Shown piece after piece: positions 1 through 7,434 of a DNA stretch of 32,000 nucleotides. Within the stretch, counting starts at the first letter, position 1. Each line of letters begins with the position of its first letter. A program made the translations under genes and the position numbers. The DNA comes from Parasynechococcus marenigrum WH 8102 (lineage in GTDB: Bacteria > Cyanobacteriota > Cyanobacteriia > PCC-6307 > Cyanobiaceae): NCBI RefSeq assembly GCF_000195975.1, contig NC_005070.1:2190001-2222000 (forward strand), in the 5' to 3' direction. Below the pieces are notes generated by a model that saw only the letters and a program-made list of their open reading frames with translations, did not search any database and was not told the origin of the DNA.

Positions 1-1331
1 ACAGAGCGATTATGACGATGCAGTACAACAGAAGTATGGGATTTAGAATAAAATTGTTTTTCGGAAGGCACGATAGCACCTGGTGCCTCAAATCCAATTT
101 CTGTCAAATTTAAGTCTTGAGGATTACCTACAGCATCAATTACTCGGGCAGAAGATTGTCGAAACACAGGCGCATGACAACGCAGCTCAACAAGGTCAGA
201 TCGGTAGGCAACAAAGCTTTTTACACTGCTTTTCAAGCGAAAATCAAGACCCCTGGATAATGGGGCTGAGAATTGATCCTCATGAAAACAGTTAACCCAG
301 TTACAGGATAAACAATCAAAACCCTTGCAACTCTCTAAATACGATTCAACCTTCATGGGAAAGGGCTGAGCCACCCAGAACTCGTCAACATCTACAAACA
401 AGCAATATGATGAATGTGTCACCGAAGCGGCATAATGATAAAGCTTTGAATACGAACTTCTCTGTGTCAACTCAACATGAACATCATCAGTGCTGATAAC
501 ATGAATCCGGGGATCAGCAGCTGCAAGCTGCAGGGCAAAGTCGTAGGTCTTGTCGCTTGAGTTGTTAATACCAATGAATATATTAGAAAAACCAAGAAAG
601 AGATAGTGGTGAACGAATTCGTGAAGATAAGGCGCTTCATCTGAAGCAATGCAAATAACATCGCAGCGGTAAGATTTAGGTATAGACCGATCACGCCAGA
701 GCGAACGCGCTTCCAGAATTCGATGAGCGCTTAAATGTTGAAACTTAAGCTTCTGGATACCGCGCTTTGCCGTGAGAAGCTTTGACTCTAAATTAGATTT
801 CCTCTTCGTTGACGATATCTTATTGGTTACTTGAGATTCAACCATCCGAAAGGCCCTTAAGAAAATATCGTCAGAATCCTCGAACACCCCGCATGCTAAT
901 TGAGTTTCCAAGACCGCAGTGCAAACCTTGGAGTTAGCCTTCTTCTTGCTCATACATTTTCTCGCATACTGCAGCGCTAATTCATAGCGACCCATCATCT
1001 GCAATCCTCTCGCACCAATCCAAAGCAAGCTGTAACTATCCGGCTTGAATCTCAAAGCACGCCTCAACAATGATTCAAATTCCGAAAGATTCGCTTTGGA
1101 GCGCAAGGCTTTCAATCGACAAATATATAATTGAATATTATCCGAATTTGATAGCAGAAGTATTTCTGCAATCTTATCGGCATCACCATATAACTTATTG
1201 CGCATTAAAAGAGAAAAAGCCTGCCAGGCAAGAGAATGTCTTTTTGAAAGACGTAGAAGGTTAGAGTCTTTATGCAGCAAGTTTTGCAGGCTCTCAACAT
1301 CTTGAAGAGCAACGGCTTGACGGATATTCAT
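1..1331 (-). CDS. Glycosyltransferase, family-2-like (Glyco_tranf_2_4 type) with a helical N-terminal region; 3' end runs off the window
   Basis: Hand translation from the ATG at 1331..1329 is open for 443 codons down to position 1. The ORF has no stop in the window, so the track does not list it. N-terminus reads MNIRQAVALQDVESLQNLL. Catalytic part reads CDVICIASDEAPYLHEFVHHYLFLGFSNIFIGINNSSDKTYDFALQL...CLFVDVDEFW, a DxDEF-type motif typical of this GT family. The gene is AT-rich relative to the core genes. Confidence 0.6.
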   Translation of the reverse strand, partial: MNIRQAVALQDVESLQNLLHKDSNLLRLSKRHSLAWQAFSLLMRNKLYGDADKIAEILLLSNSDNIQLYICRLKALRSKANLSEFESLLRRALRFKPDSYSLLWIGARGLQMMGRYELALQYARKCMSKKKANSKVCTAVLETQLACGVFEDSDDIFLRAFRMVESQVTNKISSTKRKSNLESKLLTAKRGIQKLKFQHLSAHRILEARSLWRDRSIPKSYRCDVICIASDEAPYLHEFVHHYLFLGFSNIFIGINNSSDKTYDFALQLAAADPRIHVISTDDVHVELTQRSSYSKLYHYAASVTHSSYCLFVDVDEFWVAQPFPMKVESYLESCKGFDCLSCNWVNCFHEDQFSAPLSRGLDFRLKSSVKSFVAYRSDLVELRCHAPVFRQSSARVIDAVGNPQDLNLTEIGFEAPGAIVPSEKQFYSKSHTSVVLHRHNRS

Positions 1332-1443
1332 GTCTTAATTACGGTACTTTCTATATTAGCTCAAATGATTTGATTCAATGCCAATATAGGACGCTGCATG
1401 CCAAGCAAACTGCCTTGACGCCACGCATCAGCAGTTAGCATGC

Positions 1444-1472
1444 TTGACAACGCTAGCTAGGACAATTAATGT
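1444..1472 (+). promoter_or_regulatory. Possible sigma70-type promoter (TTGACA-N17-TAATGT) for the + strand sulfotransferase gene
   Basis: TTGACA lies at 1444-1449 and TAATGT at 1467-1472 with a 17-nt spacer, about 20 nt upstream of the GTG at 1492. It sits in the divergent 160-bp intergenic region. Pattern match only. Confidence 0.25.
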
Positions 1473-1491
1473 ATAGTTAATTTTTTTATAA

Positions 1492-2277
1492 GTGCTTCAA
1501 ACAAAGGCTTGGATTTATCTTACAGTACAAAAGACAGGATCGACATTCCTTTCAAAAAAACTAATTGAGATTTACGGGCAAGCAGCATTTTCTAAAGACC
1601 GGAAACACGGCATACAAAAGAAATCAACATCTAAATCTAAAATCATCACAATCAGAGATCCATTCGATTACTACTTTTCATTATGGTCATATGGCCTTGA
1701 TGGAAAAGGGGGATTCAGCAATAAGTTAAGGATCTCAAATCCGAGTCTTGCCGAGAAAATATATGGAAAAAAAACCAAATCATGCTTCTCTCATTTTTTA
1801 GACCTAGCCCTCTCATTCCCAGGCAGAAACTCTCAAAGTGAGGTTAGCTGGCTACCTCGAAGTACTGATTTATACACTGCTCGAATTCTGACAATGCTTG
1901 TGCCTCAAGATAAAATTGAACGGTTTAGCAGTGAATTAGATTGCGACTTTTCTGGAAAGTCTATTGCAAAGTCACTCAATGAACTCTTGCCAGAAGTGAT
2001 CATCAGGACTGAATATCTTAATTATGATTTTCATTATCTTGCAAGCGCTGGAGAACTAGATTTCATGGAACTGCCAACTAATTGGTCTCAGATATTTGTA
2101 AAAGATGCGGCCAGGCTCAACTCGTCCTCAAGTCATGAAGTGGATGGCAAGAAATTGAAGCAACATGAGATTTTATCTGAGTATCACAAGAATCTGATCG
2201 AGCTTAAATGCACCACAGCCAAATATTTGATTCAAACCGCGAATGAACGTATAAAAGAATTGGAATCACGCGTTTAG
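1492..2277 (+). CDS. Sulfotransferase-family protein (putative)
   Basis: 261-aa ORF. An N-terminal TVQKTGSTFL resembles the 5'-PSB (PAPS phosphate-binding) loop. IITIRDPFDYYFSLWSY resembles the RDPxxxxxS 3'-PB motif. AT-rich island gene. Confidence 0.55.
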   Translation: MLQTKAWIYLTVQKTGSTFLSKKLIEIYGQAAFSKDRKHGIQKKSTSKSKIITIRDPFDYYFSLWSYGLDGKGGFSNKLRISNPSLAEKIYGKKTKSCFSHFLDLALSFPGRNSQSEVSWLPRSTDLYTARILTMLVPQDKIERFSSELDCDFSGKSIAKSLNELLPEVIIRTEYLNYDFHYLASAGELDFMELPTNWSQIFVKDAARLNSSSSHEVDGKKLKQHEILSEYHKNLIELKCTTAKYLIQTANERIKELESRV

Positions 2278-3083
2278 ATATCGAAACATTCCTGATATGG
2301 AGTTTGAGCGATCAGATCTCGATCCAAGTGAGCTGCAATTAGTGAAAACATGTCCTCACCTAATACTTTTCTAGGGTTATAGCGACGTACTTCTTGGCAA
2401 AACTCAGTAAATGTTTTTGTGTCACCACGATGTTTCTTTGAGGAATCGTTCGGAACAATTATTTTTTCATTGACCGTACAATACTTTCTGAGTTGATCAG
2501 CAAATCCATCAGGAGATAGCACAAGATTTTCATAATAGACAATTAAAGATTGCTTTGGATGCACTAGATTAAATTCAAAATAAGATCGGACTTTGCGATT
2601 CCATAATTCAACTGGACTTTTGATCAGCCTACTACTCAACCGATCCCTTTGATTAACATAAATTGGAGATCGGACGAAGTGTGAAAGATCATCCGTAGGC
2701 TTTGGGAGGAGGTTATATGGCTTTTGATGTAAGGAGGATATGAACCTCCATGGATTTCGAATAATAAATACAAAGCAAACATCTTCAAACCCACTGGCTT
2801 TCGACAACGTCTTAGGGCAAACATTTGCATGTTTCCATCCAAAATTGATCTGACTCCGCTTCGTCGATTCCTGATCAAGCAATGATTCCATAACCAGCTT
2901 TTGAGCAAAAGGATCCTTAATATCGTGCTTCAACACGAAGTCTTTAAACTGCTTTTTAATATCTTCTCGACCGCCGTCACCACCTTTTAAAACCTTCAAG
3001 GAGGTGTTAAGTCGCAAGAAAGATTGTAAAAAATTAGTGCCGGTATTGCGTTCGCCAAAAACTTTTAAAGAGGTAAATACCAT
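2274..3083 (-). CDS. Sulfotransferase-family protein (putative), convergent with the previous gene
   Basis: 269-aa ORF. FGERNTGTNFL is a 5'-PSB-like loop at the N-terminus. FIIRNPWRFISSLHQ is 3'-PB-like. Its stop codon (TAA, 2274-2276 on the minus strand) overlaps the TAG (2275-2277) of the + strand gene. Confidence 0.55.
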   Translation of the reverse strand: MVFTSLKVFGERNTGTNFLQSFLRLNTSLKVLKGGDGGREDIKKQFKDFVLKHDIKDPFAQKLVMESLLDQESTKRSQINFGWKHANVCPKTLSKASGFEDVCFVFIIRNPWRFISSLHQKPYNLLPKPTDDLSHFVRSPIYVNQRDRLSSRLIKSPVELWNRKVRSYFEFNLVHPKQSLIVYYENLVLSPDGFADQLRKYCTVNEKIIVPNDSSKKHRGDTKTFTEFCQEVRRYNPRKVLGEDMFSLIAAHLDRDLIAQTPYQECFDI

Positions 3084-3813
3084 AAAATAGCACTGGCTTT
3101 CCTAACATTACCATGATGATCATTGATTCAACATTCAGTCATCAATCGAGCGTGACGCAAGTCCGATCACGCTGGGGCATTCAAAAGGCCCTCGCTCAAC
3201 AGCACTCCCAGCCAGACATTGATCATCACTTCACGCCACTGGGGAGGTGCTTCCGTGATCCGCTGATGCGGGAGACATTTGTTAAGAGGGATTCCTCTAG
3301 ATGAGCGAGCACCGATCGAACGGCTCCGAATTCGTAACCTGAGCGCCATGCAGTTCGGGCAGTTCCAACAGTTCGGCGGGCTTCTGATGCAATGAGAGGC
3401 TGTAAGCAACCTCAGCGTCGATACAGATCCAAAATCTGTACAATAGAGTCGACTTCGGCAGGGTCAAGCTCGGTACCAGCCGCAGGAAGTATGAAATTCG
3501 CTTTAAAGCAGCAGCATTTCCCAGAATCCAAAAGACGAATTTTCGCCATAACGCGAAGCTTTCACCAAGATCCCTGCGCATCGATGAGACTGGAATGACC
3601 TTGGGAGACAAGATTGGAAATATCCCATGCAATCAGACCACTGACGAATCAACTCAAGGCAATCCTCTTCACCCGCAAACACTTAATATTCGTTTATTGT
3701 CCAATAGGCACCATATGTACTAATTAAAGTCTGCAAGTAGTGCTGATCTATAACGAACACCTCAGCACACCACACCTTTATCGATTTTTTTTCAGCACTA
3801 TCCGCTATAGATA

Positions 3814-4705
3814 TCAATCAATTAATCGCTTGCGTGCCAAACGCCATTTGGCGCTGCGGCTGCGGGGGTTCGCCTCCTCTTCCTCCTCTGTTGCGACCAC
3901 AGGTTTGCGCGTGATCCGTTCCAACCGCTCGTCCCTGAGAAACGCTGTCTTCACGCGTCGATCTTCCAGTGAATGGAAGCTGATGATCCCCACCAGCCCC
4001 CCCGGCTCCAGCCAATCAGGTGCCTGCTGTAGCAGACGATCCAGCACCCCCAGCTCATCATTCACTGCAATTCGCAGGGCCTGAAACGTGCGTGTGGCGG
4101 GATGGATCCTTCCGCGGCGTGCCCTGGGGGGGGTAGCAACCGGCCACGGCATAGGCCAGGGCCGCAGTGCCGGAATAGGCACCCTGCACCGCCAGGTCGG
4201 CTTTGATCCGCCGGGCGATGCGGCGCGACAACCGCTCCTCTCCATAGGCGTAGATCAGATCCGCCAGCTCGTTTTCCTCCAAGCGGTCAATCAGCTCCGC
4301 CGCTGTTGCCCCATCACCTACGGCATTCATCCGCATGTCCAGGGGGCCATCCAGCCGAAAACTGAAACCCCGCTCCGCCACATCCAGCTGAGGGCTGCTC
4401 ACCCCCAGGTCCGCCAGCACCATCAGTGCCGGTTCCGGCGGGGTGTACTCCGCAAAATTGGTGGCGACGATGGTGACCCGATCTCCGAACGGTGCCAGGC
4501 GCTCAGCAGCGGCTGCCCGGGCCGTGGCGTCCTGATCCAGGCCGATCAGCCGCAGGCCGGGCTGTTGTTCCAGCATCAGGGCGCTGTGGCCGCCGCCGCC
4601 AAGGGTGGCGTCGATCAACAGCCCCTCAGCACGGGGCATCTGGCGGCCTGCGTCCATCACCGCCTCCGATAACACCGGCACATGACTGAACAACGGCGCA
4701 GGCAC
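3814..4705 (-). pseudogene. rsmH: 16S rRNA (cytosine1402-N4)-methyltransferase RsmH/MraW, frameshifted as sequenced at a G8 run (4126-4133)
   Basis: ORF 4058..4705 encodes the N-terminal part: [41 protein letters not shown] 3814..4245, in another frame, encodes the C-terminal part: [41 protein letters not shown]. Removing one G from the run joins them as ...[20 protein letters not shown].... Confidence 0.85.
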
Positions 4706-4753
4706 GCGGCCAGGACTAACTAAGATTTATACATTGAACGAACCGTCGCTCCC

Positions 4754-5938
4754 ATGACGCAGCTGGAAACGCGCACGGAGCCCATGGTGGTCAACTTCGG
4801 GCCCCACCACCCCTCCATGCATGGGGTGCTGCGGCTGGTGGTGACCCTGGACGGTGAGGACGTGGTGGATTGCGAGCCGGTGATCGGCTACCTCCATCGC
4901 GGCATGGAGAAGATCGCCGAGAACCGCACGAACGTGATGTTCGTGCCCTATGTGAGCCGCATGGATTACGCGGCAGGCATGTTCTACGAAGCGGTTGTGG
5001 TGAATGCTCCGGAGAAAATGGCGGACATCCCTGTGCCCAAACGGGCCAGCTACATCCGGGTGCTGATGCTGGAGCTCAACCGCATCGCCAACCACCTGCT
5101 CTGGCTTGGCCCCTTCCTCGCCGACGTGGGCGCCCAGACGCCGTTCTTCTACATTTTCCGCGAGCGGGAGATGATCTACGACCTCTGGGAGGCAGCGACC
5201 GGTCAGCGGCTGATCAACAACAACTATTTCCGCATCGGCGGTGTCGCAGCAGACCTGCCCTGGGGTTGGCTTGAGAAGTGCCGCGATTTCTGCGACTGGT
5301 TCGGCCCCAAGATTGATGAATACGAAAAGCTGATCACCAACAACCCGATCTTCCGGCGCCGGATTGAGGGCCTGGGCACGATCGAGAAGCAGGACGCGAT
5401 CAATTGGAGCCTCTCTGGCCCGATGCTGCGCGCCTCCGGTGTGCCCTGGGACCTGCGCAAGGTGGACCACTACGAGTGCTACGACGACTTCGACTGGCAA
5501 GTGGCGTCAGAGAAAGAAGGCGATTGCTACGCCCGCTATCGGGTGCGCATCGAAGAAATGCGTCAGTCGCTGAAGATCCTGCGCCAGGCCTGCGACATGA
5601 TTCCTGGCGGCCCCACCGAAAACCTGGAAGCCAAGCGCCTCAACGAAGGCAAGGGGAGCGACGCCGCTGGCTTCGACTTCCAATACGTGGCCAAAAAGGT
5701 GGCCCCCACATTTAAGATCCCCAACGGAGAGCTTTACACCCGGCTGGAATCCGGCAAAGGCGAGATCGGCGTGTTCATTCAAGGGAACAACGACGTGACC
5801 CCCTGGCGCTTCAAGATCCGCGCTGCCGACAGCAACAACCTGCAGATCCTTCCCCACATCCTCAAGGGACACAAGGTGGCCGACATCATGGCCATCCTCG
5901 GGTCCATTGACGTGATTATGGGATCGGTCGACCGCTGA
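4754..5938 (+). CDS. ndhH: NAD(P)H-quinone oxidoreductase (NDH-1) subunit H
   Basis: 394-aa [49 protein letters not shown] and the C-terminal [18 protein letters not shown] are canonical NdhH/NuoD sequences. Confidence 0.97.
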   Translation: MTQLETRTEPMVVNFGPHHPSMHGVLRLVVTLDGEDVVDCEPVIGYLHRGMEKIAENRTNVMFVPYVSRMDYAAGMFYEAVVVNAPEKMADIPVPKRASYIRVLMLELNRIANHLLWLGPFLADVGAQTPFFYIFREREMIYDLWEAATGQRLINNNYFRIGGVAADLPWGWLEKCRDFCDWFGPKIDEYEKLITNNPIFRRRIEGLGTIEKQDAINWSLSGPMLRASGVPWDLRKVDHYECYDDFDWQVASEKEGDCYARYRVRIEEMRQSLKILRQACDMIPGGPTENLEAKRLNEGKGSDAAGFDFQYVAKKVAPTFKIPNGELYTRLESGKGEIGVFIQGNNDVTPWRFKIRAADSNNLQILPHILKGHKVADIMAILGSIDVIMGSVDR

Positions 5939-5981
5939 GATTCTGAATCGGTTCCTGTGGCGAATCAGCAGCGCGGGGTAC

Positions 5982-6356
5982 GTGTTGCCATCGGTTCTCA
6001 CAGGGTCTCTCTGGCTGAAGGGCCTCCATCCAGAGCTACCCGGTTGGGCATGCCCTCTGCGCGCACTAACAGGTGTGCCTTGCCCCACTTGCTTTCTCAC
6101 CCGCGCCACCGCAGCGGCGCTCAGCGGTGATCTTCATGGATCGATCCAATGGCATGCCTTTGGCCCAATGGCCGCGGCGGGACTGTTGATCTGGAGCGGA
6201 CTGGCTCTACATCGGCGCCGGTTGTTCCCATTAAAGGGTGGCAAGTCACTTTTACTTGTTGCGGGCTTTGCTCTTATGGCGTTCTGGCTGCTTCGGCTGA
6301 TCCTTAACTATGGCTTCGAGGTAAAGGGCATCCTGGGGTTCCCGGCCCTGCCCTGA
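5982..6356 (+). CDS. DUF2752-type small membrane protein
   Basis: 124-aa ORF with CPLRALTGVPCPTCFLTRA (CPxxxxxGxxCPxCGxTR-like motif) followed by hydrophobic helices. Confidence 0.65.
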   Translation: MLPSVLTGSLWLKGLHPELPGWACPLRALTGVPCPTCFLTRATAAALSGDLHGSIQWHAFGPMAAAGLLIWSGLALHRRRLFPLKGGKSLLLVAGFALMAFWLLRLILNYGFEVKGILGFPALP

Positions 6357-6376
6357 ACCATTCACCTCCGACTGCC

Positions 6377-6835
6377 GTGACCTCCCCCGACCACTGGCTC
6401 AAGCTTGAACGTCAGGTGCATTTCGGCGACACTGATGCCGCCGGTGTGATGCACTTTCACCAGCTGCTGCGCTGGTGCCATGAGGCCTGGGAGGAGAGCC
6501 TGGAGCGCTACGGCATCGCCGCCGGCAGTGTCTTCCCGGGATGCCGAGGCCAGCAGCGGTGGCCGGCGGTGGCCCTGCCGGTGGTGCATTGCCAGGCCGA
6601 CTTCAAGCGCCCGGTGCATGGTAGTGATCGTCTGCAGGTGCATCTGAAGCCTCAACGGCTCGACCCTGGCTGCTTTGAGGTACGAAGTGAATTCCATCTC
6701 GATGCAACCGTTATGGCCTGCGGTCTGGTCCGCCACTTGGCCATCCATTCGGACTCCCGTGAGCGCTGCGCGCTGCCGGAGACTGTGGACCTCTGGTTGG
6801 AAGCCTCTGCCTTAGGCCAGATCACCAGCCTTTAG
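6377..6835 (+). CDS. Hotdog-fold acyl-CoA thioesterase, likely 1,4-dihydroxy-2-naphthoyl-CoA hydrolase (phylloquinone pathway)
   Basis: 152-aa ORF. ERQVHFGDTDAAGVMHFHQLLRWCHEAWEESL matches the 4HBT-type thioesterase N-terminus (catalytic Asp in GDTDxxG). The same region also carries menE/C/A/F. Confidence 0.7.
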   Translation: MTSPDHWLKLERQVHFGDTDAAGVMHFHQLLRWCHEAWEESLERYGIAAGSVFPGCRGQQRWPAVALPVVHCQADFKRPVHGSDRLQVHLKPQRLDPGCFEVRSEFHLDATVMACGLVRHLAIHSDSRERCALPETVDLWLEASALGQITSL

Positions 6836-7013
6836 TCACACCGTCGCTGCCAGGCCCAGAGCAGGGCTGCACATTGCCAAGGCAACATGGCAGCAGCCCA
6901 GCCAGCGAATGAAACCCCGCTTGCCCACTGCCAATCGTGGCTGCCGCACTGAACACTGCGGTCACTGACAGCAGTGCTGTACTAGCGGATCGCTGGAACC
7001 CAGAGCTCGGCAT
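6822..7013 (-). CDS. Small hypothetical protein (63 aa), doubtful
   Basis: The ATG at 7013 overlaps the TGA of the TM2 pseudogene (TGATG). It has one hydrophobic stretch (ALLSVTAVFSAAATIG). Its 3' end overlaps the thioesterase gene by 14 nt. No recognisable motif. Confidence 0.2.
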   Translation of the reverse strand: MPSSGFQRSASTALLSVTAVFSAAATIGSGQAGFHSLAGLLPCCLGNVQPCSGPGSDGVTKGW

Positions 7014-7291
7014 CAGAACCAGGGTTTCCCCTGATCGAGGTACAACTCGCGAAATTCGTCGGTTGACTTGGTCAGGTAGATGACCCCCTCGATCAACCCG
7101 ATGATCGACATCACCCCAGTGGCGATGCCACAGGTCAACACACCACCGGCAAGGCTCACCACCAACATGATGATGCCGGCGTTGTGTTAGCCGAGTACAA
7201 ACTTGTGGATTTCGAAAGAGCCCAGAAAGATCCCCAGCAATCAAGCCGCCAGTTTCTTGTTGCTGATCTCGGTTTCAGTTAGCTCAGCCAT
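7013..7291 (-). pseudogene. TM2-domain (NINE-type) small membrane protein gene with two in-frame stop codons
   Basis: The 93-codon frame reads MAELTETEISNKKLAA*LLGIFLGSFEIHKFVLG*HNAGIIMLVVSLAGGVLTCGIATGVMSIIGLIEGVIYLTKSTDEFRELYLDQGKPWF*. A TGA lies at 7241-7243 and a TAA at 7187-7189, at positions where TM2 proteins normally have Gly and Tyr. Confidence 0.75.
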
Positions 7292-7377
7292 CGGGTTCCG
7301 GCGGGTGTCCAGATTCTTGCGACTGCAACCAGGCCTGCCATCGGCTCCGTTGCCACTTCCCCTGTGGAAGTCCATAA

Positions 7378-7411
7378 AACAACCCTCATGGCCTGAGCCA
7401 TGAGGGTTGTT
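7378..7411 (-). terminator. Rho-independent terminator downstream of the giant gene
   Basis: Perfect inverted repeat AACCCTCATGGC/GCCATGAGGGTT (7381-7392 and 7397-7408) around the 4-nt loop CTGA, extendable to 15 bp (7378-7411). On the minus-strand transcript the stem is followed by UUAU and its 3' arm ends in UUGUU. It lies 24 nt after the stop at 7435. Confidence 0.6.
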
Positions 7412-7434
7412 GAAAGCCTTGCGTGAGCAAGAGA

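Noticed and set aside
1767-1774. A8 run inside the first sulfotransferase gene, and a T8 run at 3785-3792
   Set aside because: The A8 run is in frame (GKKTK) with no disruption, and the T8 run is intergenic. Neither shows evidence of a frameshift.
3084-3813. Search for a tRNA, integrase or att-like repeat at the island borders (also 7292-7434 and 17756-17829)
   Set aside because: By eye I found no T-loop (GGTTCGAATCC-like) or cloverleaf, no recombinase ORF, and no direct repeats shared between the borders. A tRNAscan or covariance search would be needed to be certain.
4727-5500. 257-aa minus-strand ORF, plus several others in 4088-6109, overlapping ndhH and rsmH
   Set aside because: They lie antisense or out of frame to unmistakable conserved genes. 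Long stop-free shadow frames are expected in GC-rich DNA. The translations are Arg/Gly/Pro/His-rich with no motifs.
5938-5975. Imperfect inverted repeat CTGAATCG...CGAATCAG after ndhH considered as a terminator
   Set aside because: The 8-bp stem has an internal A:A mismatch and there is no U-tract.
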